DNA of 63,988 bases, the filler included, from Welwitschia mirabilis (lineage: Eukaryota), in NCBI GenBank assembly GCA_051453625.1. It is 7 parts of one record of this genome, joined end to end, with 100 filler letters (N's around TTAATTAATTAA, not from the genome) between each part and the next. Parts side by side here need not be neighbours in the genome. Positions count along the whole stretch, not along the records: positions 24,554 to 47,919 come from JBOZIK010000001.1; positions 48,020 to 55,998 come from JBOZIK010000001.1; 5 more parts are not named here. One strand, given 5' to 3'. This document shows positions 39,608 through 50,158 of the stretch, piece by piece; the stretch's first letter is position 1; every line of letters begins with the position of its first letter. A program made the position numbers and the translations under genes. The notes beneath the pieces are model-generated. The model made no database searches and was not told where the DNA came from. It was given only the letters and a program-made list of their open reading frames with translations.

Positions 39608-40064
39608 TAGCCCTCCACTTAGCCTTGTCATTCCTTGATAAAATCAGGTGGTTAACCATGATTATGAATGACTTGATTAACAATAAAGACAACTAAGGTA
39701 TTAAAAAATTATCTTAAGAAAGAATTTTTCAAAATGTTAAGGATAACATTGCATTATTAAACAAAAAAGCTAAATGTTTTACCTATTTAAGATAATGGCC
39801 ATACCATTGTCTAGGTTGTCATTGGGATAATATAGAGGACAATAAGCTCAAAATCGTTCTTAAAAATAGAAGCCAGTGACAAAAATTTTTAGACAGATAA
39901 TCAATAAATACACTAATAATTAATAGCCCCCCACTAAAATGTAATAAATAGGAAAAATGATCATGGAAAATGTAAACAATCCTCATCATGAAATGTACAA
40001 ATGATAAAGATAAGCATGAAAATCAAAGAAATGTATACCATGATGAAACTAAAAATATGATGTG

Positions 40065-40094
40065 TATATACATATATATATATATATATATATA
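40065..40094. repeat. (TA)n microsatellite; a shorter one lies at about 37879-37898
   Basis: Read directly from the sequence. Confidence 0.9.
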
Positions 40095-40337
40095 GAAGCA
40101 TGAGTTTTAAATACAAAATATATAGAGGGAAAGATACAAAATATGATATAATAAATCACTCCACTAGTCACCTCATAATAAACTCAGAATGGATAGTAGG
40201 CTTAGATGTAGGAGNNNNNNNNNNNNNNNNNNNNNNNNNNNNNNNNNNNNNNNNNNNNNNNNNNNNNNNNNNNNNNNNNNNNNNNNNNNNNNNNNNNNNN
40301 NNNNNNNNNNNNNNGATACAAAATATGATATAATAAA

Positions 40338-43253
40338 TCACTCCTCTAATCACCACATAATAAACTCAAAATGGGTAGTAGGCTTAGATGTAGGAAAAGA
40401 AGAAGAAGGATGCTCAAGATCCCCAAGAAAATGGAGATTCAATGATATGAAGATAGATCAGACTATCTCATTTCCCTATACTAAAATGGCCTCTGGGAGG
40501 TAAAATATTACACTTTGGTCAATAGGTATAACATGCTGACATACATCCACTAGCTAATCCTCAAAGTGTTCACTCTTCTCTCAACTATCTGGATACTTTG
40601 CTCAAGTGTTTGGATCCTCTGATTAAGTTTCTAGATACCTTTATCAAAAAAACCCTTAAGGGTCTCAGTGGTCTCTACTAGGACGACCTAGATCTAATCT
40701 AATGATACTCTAACTATATGTCTTTGAACCTAAGGTATCTATACCTTTCTTAGTACCTATATATTCATGTTATGTAAATAGTGAGCTAAAGTATGAATAT
40801 GAGTAAGGAACTAATAACCCATGGGATCTGGTATTCTAAACCATTAAAACATGGCTGAGAGGAGGCATGGATATCCTAGAATTTGTAGCTACTGTGCCTT
40901 AACCATGGACTTAAGTCTCCTCCATATGAAAGTAGGTAAGTCAATTTATTATTCTACCTGAGTGCTACCAATATCTATAAGTAAGCTACTTATTGCGATC
41001 CCAAATTATCATGTTTTAATGGTGTAATTGATGGTGTTTTGTANNNNNNNNNNNNNNNNNNNNNNNNNNNNNNNNNNNNNNNNNNNNNNNNNNNNNNNNN
41101 NNNNNNNNNNNNNNNNNNNNNNNNNNNNNNNNNNNNNNNNNNNNNNNNNNNNNNNNNNNNNNNNNNNNNNNNNNNNNNNNNNNNNNNNNNNNNNNNNNNN
41201 NNNNNNNNNNNNNNNNNNNNNNNNNNNNNNNNNNNNNNNNNNNNNNNNNNNNNNNNNNNNNNNNNNNNNNNNNNNNNNNNNNNNNNNNNNNNNNNNNNNN
41301 NNNNNNNNNNNNNNNNNNNNNNNNNNNNNNNNNNNNNNNNNNNNNNNNNNNNNNNNNNNNNNNNNNNNNNNNNNNNNNNNNNNNNNNNNNNNNNNNNNNN
41401 NNNNNNNNNNNNNNNNNNNNNNNNNNNNNNNNNNNNNNNNNNNNNNNNNNNNNNNNNNNNNNNNNNNNNNNNNNNNNNNGCCTTAACCATGAACTTAAGT
41501 CTCCTTCATATGAAAGTAGGCAAGTCAATTTTATTACCCTACCTGAGTGCTACCAATATGTGTAAGTAAGCTACTATGGCATGATTATTATGAAAAGATA
41601 AGCTGATGTTATGAATTAGCCCTCTGTGTAAAACTTTGTAGGCAGGAGTTAATTATATCACTAGAATACCTGCCTATCTAATGCTAATTCTACTGAAATA
41701 TCTAATTCTGTGCCATATGTATGATACTCCTATGTCTCNNNNNNNNNNNNNNNNNNNNNNNNNNNNNNNNNNNNNNNNNNNNNNNNNNNNNNNNNNNNNN
41801 NNNNNNNNNNNNNNNNNNNNNNNNNNNNNNNNNNNNNNCTCATTAGTAGAATATATGTGTAGACTCCCAATACTACTTAGATCTATCATAGCTGTAATAT
41901 GGTTTGGGAGTATTTCTATCTTATGATCACATACCAAAGTTATAATCATTTCCACTAGGTAACCATGATAATTAAGGTGTTGCTTCATGCGCATAATGTC
42001 ATAGAAATCTGTGATATCTAAAACATAATATGTCCCATATGCATCTAAAATCCAATAGAGCTATAAATTAGTAAGCCTCTAATCAACCTCTAGCTCTAGT
42101 CTACTCATAAAGTCTTTAAAGTGTCTCTCAACACAAATAGTAGCAGTCTGAATGATAAGCCATTGTCTGTGTCTAGGTGAGGGATGTATAGGCTCTACAT
42201 GCTCTACTTCTGGTAGTACTAATGGACTCATCTCCTACTTTATAGCCTCAACCTCAACCTCAGCCTATCTAGCTCTATGCGTGCATGGCCTACTCAATAA
42301 AAAAATATACACAAAAAAGTTATGTGAGATCTAATGGATATAGGTAAATATGTCATGTGGATGCTTAAAACGATCTCCAACATTAATAAACAAATGTAAA
42401 AAATTATGAAAATACATCCTACCTCCCCCTAAAGTGTCAATTTTGTATTATCTAGTCATGTGAAGAAAATTTCGAAATGCATGAAAAGTGTAAAAGTAGT
42501 TTTTTAAGTGGACCATACATAAGGTAAAAATTTAAAGTGTTCTAATGAAAAATCTAATCTAGTANNNNNNNNNNNNNNNNNNNNNNNNNNNNNNNNNNNN
42601 NNNNNNNNNNNNNNNNNNNNNNNNNNNNNNNNNNNNNNNNNNNNNNNNNNNNNNNNNNNNNNNNNNNNNNNNNNNNNNNNNNNNNNNNNNNNNNNNNNNN
42701 NNNNNNNNNNNNNNNNNNNNNNNNNNNNNNNNNNNNNNNNNNNNNNNNNNNNNNNNNNNNNNNNNNNNNNNNNNNNNNNNNNNNNNNNNNNNNNNNNNNN
42801 NNNNNNNNNNNNNNNNNNNNNNNNNNNNNNNNNNNNNNNNNNNNNNNNNNNNNNNNNNNNNNNNNNNNNNNNNNNNNNNNNNNNNNNNNNNNNNNNNNNN
42901 NNNNNNNNNNNNNNNNNNNNNNNNNNNNNNNNNNNNNNNNNNNNNNNNNNNNNNNNNNNNNNNNNNNNNNNNNNNNNNNNNNNNNNNNNNNNNNNNNNNN
43001 NNNNNNNNNNNNNNNNNNNNNNNNNNNNNNNNNNNNNNNNNNNNNNNNNNNNNNNNNNNNNNNNNNNNNNNNNNNNNNNNNNNNNNNNNNNNNNNNNNNN
43101 NNNNNNNNNNNNNNNNNNNNNNNCAAAAATTAGATCTGTAAGTTTCTAATCAAAGAGTGCAAAAAACTAATTAACATAGTGAAAAATCCATGTTAAAAGG
43201 CTAAGAAATAGGAGAAAAAAATGAAAAATACAAAGGAAAAAAACATACCTCAT
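40338..43253 (-). pseudogene. Family-B env-like extra gene, copy 2 (predicted coding exon 43253-43249, intron 43248-42290, exon 42289-40338)
   Basis: Spliced frame reads MRPCTHRAR*AEVEVE...L*LYWILDAYGTYYVLDITDFYDIMRMKQH...ITLVCDHKIEILPNHITAMIDLSSIG and runs in frame into track ORF 41674-41994. Confidence 0.72.
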
Positions 43254-44217
43254 TTTTGAAAATTCAGTGAAATCTAGACAATTAATAAGAGAATCTGGCT
43301 AGGACAGGCTTCAACATCATAATAGGGATTCGGGTGACTATTGTATCTTAAAATAAANNNNNNNNNNNNNNNNNNNNNNNNNNNNNNNNNNNNNNNNNNN
43401 NNNNNNNNNNNNNNNNNNNNNNNNNNNNNNNNNNNNNNNNNNNNNNNNNNNNNNNNNNNNNNNNNNNNNNNNNNNNNNNNNNNNNNNNNNNNNNNNNNNN
43501 NNNNNNNNNNNNNNNNNNNNNNNNNNNNNNNNNNNNNNNNNNNNNNNNNNNNNNNNNNNNNNNNNNNNNNNNNNNNNNNNNNNNNNNNNNNNNNNNNNNN
43601 NNNNNNNNNNNNNNNNNNNNNNNNNNNNNNNNNNNNNNNNNNNNNNNNNNNNNNNNNNNNNNNNNNNNNNNNNNNCAAAACAAATGAAAAATAGGGGTAA
43701 TAAAAACATACTACCTAGGTTGAAACCTAATAAGAAGATTGAACAAATGTACCCAAACTCAAAAATAAACAAAACAAAATGTAGAACTCCAAAAGACATA
43801 AGAAATCTCATAAAAGTTATAAAGCATAAAATATTATATGTCTAATTGAAATAATAAAAAAAATAATATTGTTACTAAATTTTTTCACAACGTCATATAT
43901 GGGTGATGGGAATTTTCTAGTGTAAGGTGAAATTTCTGATTTCTATTTATCTCTTGACTATGTAGTTGATGAGTAATTACCATTGAATTTCCAAGATGTC
44001 ATATGAAGGTAAATATGTCTAGAACATATTATCGTAAAAAAAAAGGCATGTAATAAATTTATGCTATTACCCNNNNNNNNNNNNNNNNNNNNNNNNNNNN
44101 NNNNNNNNNNNNNNNNNNNNNNNNNNNNNNNNNNNNNNNNNNNNNNNNNNNNNNNNNNNNNNNNNNNNNNNNTTATATGGTTCATCCTCGTTTGTTTCAT
44201 ATTCAAATAGATTATCA

Positions 44218-44559
44218 TCATTGAAAGTCTTTCTTTAGGATTTGTTGTATTGGTTTTTGTGTTGTTTGAGTTTTTTCATCATGACCCCATTCGTTTACAA
44301 ACTCCATGTTTTCATTGTATTTTTGTGAAAAGGGGTCTTCAGGGAGAGTCTTGTTCTCATTATCTAAAATTATTAGTTTTCTGATTGCTAAAGAATGAAT
44401 TCTTTGGGTGGGATGGGTTAGGTAGTCCTTCCAATAACTTCTGTAGTCATTCATGACATGAAGTTCATTAGGAGTGAGAGCTTAAGGGTGTTTTTGGATG
44501 AGTACCTTGTACTCATCTTCAGAGATGTAGGCTTGTTTTCCACGGGTGGACATTAGCAT
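44218..44559 (-). pseudogene. ORF relic just downstream of a tRNA-Asn PBS (gag N-terminus or a 5' extra ORF of a gypsy element)
   Basis: MLMSTRGKQAYISEDEYKVLIQKHP*ALTPNELHVMNDYRSYWKDYLTHP..., with one internal stop, starting about 100 bp from the PBS. Confidence 0.45.
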
Positions 44560-44662
44560 TACGGCTATTGTAAAATGTGACAAGGTGGTAGGCAAGGTAA
44601 AGCGAAAACGAATGCGATTCGAATAAAATGATAACGAAATGATAAAAGGCCTACACGAGGGG

Positions 44663-44766
44663 CCCTCCTTCTAGTACCAAACTGTTATGACAAATTTTAT
44701 TTGCAATGTTGATTTATGATTTTTATTTGATTGCGATTTTAATCTAATGCCCTCCTTCTAGCGTCA
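44663..44766 (-). promoter_or_regulatory. Two tandem tRNA-Asn-type PBSs (44663-44679 and 44750-44766)
   Basis: Plus strand reads CCCTCCTTCTAGTACCA and CCCTCCTTCTAGCGTCA, versus the plant tRNA-Asn(GTT) 3' end CCCTCCTTCTAGCGCCA. Confidence 0.75.
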
Positions 44767-45943
44767 AATCTATTGCTAAATTTTTTACAACCTCGAATTT
44801 ATATAACAATGATAAAAAGACATTGTATAAGGCTTGATGCTAGCATTATCTAATGAAAATGCTTAATAAAAATAAGTCTAATTTTATGTACAAGTATAAT
44901 TTTAAAATAAAATGCAATTATCCATTAATACATAAATGACTAGAATCTTTTTTTGTGTCTTTTTATTCTTAAAATAAACTCAAATAAATAATATGAATGT
45001 GCACATGAAGAGGGAAAGGATTTTGGGATATCATTGGAACCTAAAGTTTTGTCAAACAGAATAACGAGAGAAAGCAAATTATCTTTGATTTTTTGAGATT
45101 TATCTAATTAACTAAAAAAATAAAATCTTTGATAACTTGGCAAGGGATTTATTGATTGTATTCATTGCAAATTTCCATGTAAAATATGTTAAAACAATTC
45201 AAAAATGAAGATTAAGAAATAATGTTTTCAATTAGAAAAGCAAGAATGACAAAGGAAAACCTAGAAATTGACAAATTTAACTACAGTTTTCTAGAATCTC
45301 CTACTTCTCATTTACCATTGAGGATGTCCGCCTGTGATAACCGCTTTTCACACTTTATAATCTAGTCTAATGCCACTTCCCCTACGTTCTGTGTCTTCTG
45401 TTCCTGTGTTTTGGTAATGCCATTATCGCGTTCTTCGTCTGTGTGCATTTTCGATGTTGTTTGTTGTTCTGTTATTTTTGCGATGTTTTCCACCTACATT
45501 TTTGTTTTTCTTCTGAGCCTATGCTATTTCGCCTCCGTTTTTCTTTATGATGCCATTGTCTCTATCTGCTCCGCTTGGCGTTTTCGCTGTTACTGATGAT
45601 GTTTTACCTGATTTTTTTTGTCATTGCCTCCTATGCTTGTTTTTAACTTTTGATGCCTTTCTATTTTTTTTCCCTCGTTTTTAACCTCTTTGATGCATAT
45701 TTTCTTTTTTTTCTTTCTTCTTTTNNNNNNNNNNATCTTCGTCTTCTGTGAATTGCTCCATATTTCTTCTGATATCCCTTCCTCCTCATTAGGGATATCC
45801 ACCTAAAAAATCTCTCTAGAATTTGTAATTTCAGGGCCGTTCAACAAAAAGACAATTATCCTACAATGACTTAGTGTATGCACTCGAAGGAGTGAGTTTT
45901 CAGAATAAATTCGAGAATAATAATGGAGATGTAGATTCTGGTT

Positions 45944-47103
45944 TTGAAGAAGAGTTTGAATTTTGCAAAGAAGTGTCTTCAGATTAAGAATATAATAGTG
46001 GAAAACTCTTACCAAATTCATAGGAACATTTATTGGAAAACTCTTGAATTTGAGGAAAGGGAGTGTCCTCTACTAGCAGATCGGNNNNNNNNNNNNNNNN
46101 NNNNNNNNNNNNNNNNNNNNNNNNNNNNNNNNNNNNNNNNNNNNNNNNNNNNNNNNNNNNNNNNNNNNNNNNNNNNNNNNNNNNATACCCCATTAATCTT
46201 GAAAGATTTGAGAAGACGACTTTTAAAAAAAAAAACCTGATATTTGAGAGTGACCATGTGGAGAGAGAATGGATAAATATGCATTTTTGTTTTGTAGGAG
46301 CTTTCAGTGCCTCCTTCGCTACAGCACTTAAGTATGATTTCATACTTGCATTTATTAAAGACAGAATAATCAAAGAGTTTGTAAGGTTCTGTGAATAGTC
46401 ATGAAATTCTTCATAATTTTCTAGAACATGTGCTCTGCCATTCGAGTTTCTTCATTATCANNNNNNNNNNNNNNNNNNNNNNNNNNNNNNNNNNNNNNNN
46501 NNNNNNNNNNNNNNNNNNNNNNNNNNNNNNNNNNNNNNNNNNNNNNNNNNNNNNNNNNNNTGTAAGGTTCTGTGAATAGTCATGAAATTCTGCATAATTT
46601 TCTAGAACATGTGCTCTGCCATTCGAGTTTCTTCATTATCAACAGAAAGACGGCCATCGTTCCAACGGATGAGTCTTTGAAGGAAAAAAATATGGATTTC
46701 TTGCTTCCTCTGGAGTTCTTCGACGTGCCTTTCATGCTTCCTTTGCTGTTATCTTTGGCCATGGCTTCGTCTATGGAAGTGCGGCTAGAAAGGAAATGGA
46801 ACGCCATGGTTCCTTTCACCGCTCATTCGAAGCTGTTTCAGATTGAGTCACCATCCATAGATCCAAAACATTGCAGCTGTGATGATAATGCGCTTGAATT
46901 GAGAATTTTTAATATTAAAAGAAGACATCATTAATGTTGATTATGACTTCTGTGAAGTCATTGGCAAAGATGAGTATTAGCAAGATGTCAATTTGGAAGG
47001 TGAAGTCCCAAGCGTAAGGGGAGTTGGCGCCTGCACCTGCATTTACACTTGCAATGGAATGGGACATTTGAGTGTGGAAAGAAATGCTCACGATGTTCAC
47101 ACA
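45944..47103 (+). pseudogene. Unassigned reading-frame relic in a CpG-retaining segment
   Basis: Consecutive plus-strand frames 45944-46084, 46185-46398, 46572-46934 (120 aa, the longest gap-free ORF in the window) and 46916-47103. No recognised domain. Confidence 0.3.
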
Positions 47104-47683
47104 NNNNNNNNNNNNNNNNNNNNNNNNNNNNNNNNNNNNNNNNNNNNNNNNNNNNNNNNNNNNNNNNNNNNNNNNNNNNNNNNNNNNNNNNNNNNNNNNN
47201 NNNNNNNNNNNNNNNNNNNNNNNNNNNNNNNNNNNNNNNNNNNNNNNNNNNNNNNNNNNNNNNNNNNNNNNNNNNNNNNNNNNNNNNNNNNNNNNNNNNN
47301 NNNNNNNNNNNNNNNNNNNNNNNNNNNNNNNNNNNNNNNNNNNNNNNNNNNNNNNNNNNNNNNNNNNNNNNNNNNNNNNNNNNNNNNNNNNNNNNNNNNN
47401 NNNNNNNNNNNNNNNNNNNNNNNNNNNNNNNNNNNNNNNNNNNNNNNNNNNNNNNNNNNNNNNNNNNNNNNNNNNNNNNNNNNNNNNNNNNNNNNNNNNN
47501 NNNNNNNNNNNNNNNNNNNNNNNNNNNNNNNNNNNNNNNNNNNNNNNNNNNNNNNNNNNNNNNNNNNNNNNNNNNNNNNNNNNNNNNNNNNNNNNNNNNN
47601 NNNNNNNNNNNNNNNNNNNNNNNNNNNNNNNNNNNNNNNNNNNNNNNNNNNNNNNNNNNNNNNNNNNNNNNNNNNNNNNNNNN

Positions 47684-47919
47684 TAAGGGTATGATAAAAC
47701 TTGAATGGTGATAAGAAGTCTTAAAAATATGTGTCTACAAATATGTCATGAATTAATAATAAGAAAACTACTAAATGATAAGATCCTATGTGAAGATGAG
47801 AAAATGTGAAAACAACTTTGAAATAACAAACTAGATACTAAAGAAAGCAGAACGAAAATGGTCACAAAGAACATGAGGAAGATCGCTTATCTATCCTAAA
47901 TTCTAAACTAATAAATCCT
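47684..47919 (-). mobile_element. Fragment similar to the family-A 3' internal region
   Basis: Resembles 16540-16655 (ttgaaataac...aagat(c/a)gctta(c/t)..tatc). Confidence 0.45.
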
Positions 47920-48350
47920 NNNNNNNNNNNNNNNNNNNNNNNNNNNNNNNNNNNNNNNNNNNNTTAATTAATTAANNNNNNNNNNNNNNNNNNNNNNNNN
48001 NNNNNNNNNNNNNNNNNNNTTAAATTTGTGCATGAAGAGGATCCATCTAATTAGTCTAGAACTTGAATTTTTCTTGGTCATAAGGTATTAAATTACAGCA
48101 TGGCTAGTATAAGCATTTGCATAAAAGCCTAAAGGATAATGTCTAAGCATATCAAGGAAAAAGATATATACTAATATTTCCTTCTCTATAATAGTATAAA
48201 GCATTTGAATTTTAGACTAATTTTTACTATGAGAAATATATAAACTTAAANNNNNNNNNNNNNNNNNNNNNNNNNNNNNNNNNNNNNNNNNNNNNNNNNN
48301 NNNNNNNNNNNNNNNNNNNNNNNNNNNNNNNNNNNNNNNNNNNNNNNNNN

Positions 48351-50158
48351 GTGCACCCATGCGTCATGTCCATATAATAGAGTGTTACAGTAGATCTTTC
48401 AGAGGTTGTTCATATTCAGGGAGATAAGATAGTTTTATTCATTTCCATATCATTGGACCTCTACTTCCCTACTAACCCTAACAATCCTTCATCTTCTCCC
48501 CTTGCACTTGACCTTGTTACACATACAGAGTTTCTTATGCGATGTTGAGGGAAGTGATTTTGTCATATTTTGTATCTCCCCTTCTATACATTTTTGTAGT
48601 AAAGCTCATATTCATATATATATACATCAATATTTTGAGTTTTTAGCAAAGTGTACTTTATCTAATTTTTATGCTTATCTTTCTTTTTACACTTTATGAT
48701 GGAAATTGATTATATTTGTTGTGATTCTTTTAGTTATATACTATACATTTTAGTGGGTAAATTTTAATTATGAGTATATTTACTAATTATCTATCTTAAA
48801 AAAAATTTGTCATAGGTTTTTATTTTCCAAGAACCATTTTTAAAGCCTATCGTCCTCCATATCATCTGGACAATGACTAGGATGATGGTTTGGCTAAGTA
48901 CTCAATAGTAAAATGTTCAATTTTCTAATTTTTCATAATTTAGTTTGTATCTTTAAGATTTCTAAAAATTTTTGTGAGATAAATTTTCAATATCTTAGTT
49001 GTTTTTATTATTAGACAAGTTGGTTCATAATCATGTTTTACTACCTGATTTTATCAAGAACTGACAAGGCTAAATAAGAACCTATGTTGCACTGCTAATC
49101 TGCATAATAGGGTGTTTTGAGTAGTTTTTTGAGATATTAGATAGGTTTATGTTGGATTTCTGTGATAATAGAGAGCTAAGATGAAAGATACAAAGACACG
49201 TAATCTCCATGATATTTTGTAGCATTAAGAAGACTTCCTGCAAACATTAAGGCTGATGCATTACATGAAAACTTGTAAAAAGCCTATTATCCACCTCATC
49301 GTCTGGATGACTATACAGATGATAGAATAATTAAAACCAATAAGGATGTTGACTAGAATCAATTTAGCAGATGATATAGAATTCTTATGAGTTGGAATCA
49401 TCTCTTATATCATCTGGATGACTACTAGGATGACATCTATTATAACACTCCAACTAAACTTCATCTAACTTTTTGCATTTGTCTTTATTTCTCTTATGCG
49501 GTTGTTAGCGTTACTCATGTCTATTTTTATTATTTATTATTTGTGAGTTTATTTATTAATAAGTATCGATTCAGCCTTTGACTCCTACTTGTTTTTACTT
49601 ATATTAAAAATTCTCATGATAGAAGATCTAAGGGCTAGAGATCTATCCTTTGTAGTTGCAAAGAAACGTCTTCCTTGATATTGAGCTCTGTTTCCTCCAT
49701 TGAGGTGTGGCTACTTTGTAGTACAAATGTTGGTTCAAGATTAATACAAAGAGCTCTTTTCTAGTTTCTATGCTTATTATGTTACTTATCCCCTAAAGTT
49801 TATTTTGCTTCTAATTTTATGATAGCTTCTTAAGTGATATAGGTTATAAAAGTAATCTTTGTTAAGGTTGAGCATTATTAGTTTAGGTGCATTATTCTCT
49901 TTTTTTCTTAAATTAAGTTTGCATAATTTTTTAGCATTATGATTTTTTACATTTAATTCTATTTCTATTACTAGAATATATAAGTGTTTCTTTTATAAAT
50001 TAATTCTCTTTCTTCTAGCCTATGCCTTTGATGAATTACGACATTTAGATCCACTCCTATCTCTATTAGTATGTTGTGTTTGTGAAAAATCTATATTTAT
50101 TTATGAATGACAATATCTTATTAGGAGCATAACATTTGTACGAATATGCACTGCAACA
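48351..50158 (+). mobile_element. 3' end of a plus-strand family-B copy (env-like tail to about 48557, 3' UTR, decayed PPT, LTR 49085-50158) nested in the RT of a same-family element
   Basis: LTR termini TGTTGCACTGC...GCACTGCAACA; reverse-complement match to 38026-40500; host RT resumes at 50159. Confidence 0.88.

Noticed and set aside
43870-43896. tgttactaaattttttcacaacgtc as the partner LTR end of 44771-44796
   Set aside because: Similarity does not extend beyond about 25 AT-rich bases, so an LTR pair cannot be supported.
44663-44766. tRNA-Asn genes
   Set aside because: Only the 3'-terminal 17 nt including the CCA position match. There is no D arm, anticodon arm or T arm, which fits PBSs instead.
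45411-45802. Hydrophobic plus-strand ORF 45411-45596 and Lys/Glu-rich minus-strand ORF 45590-45802 as genes
   Set aside because: Strong pyrimidine/purine strand skew is enough to explain both, and neither shows a motif.
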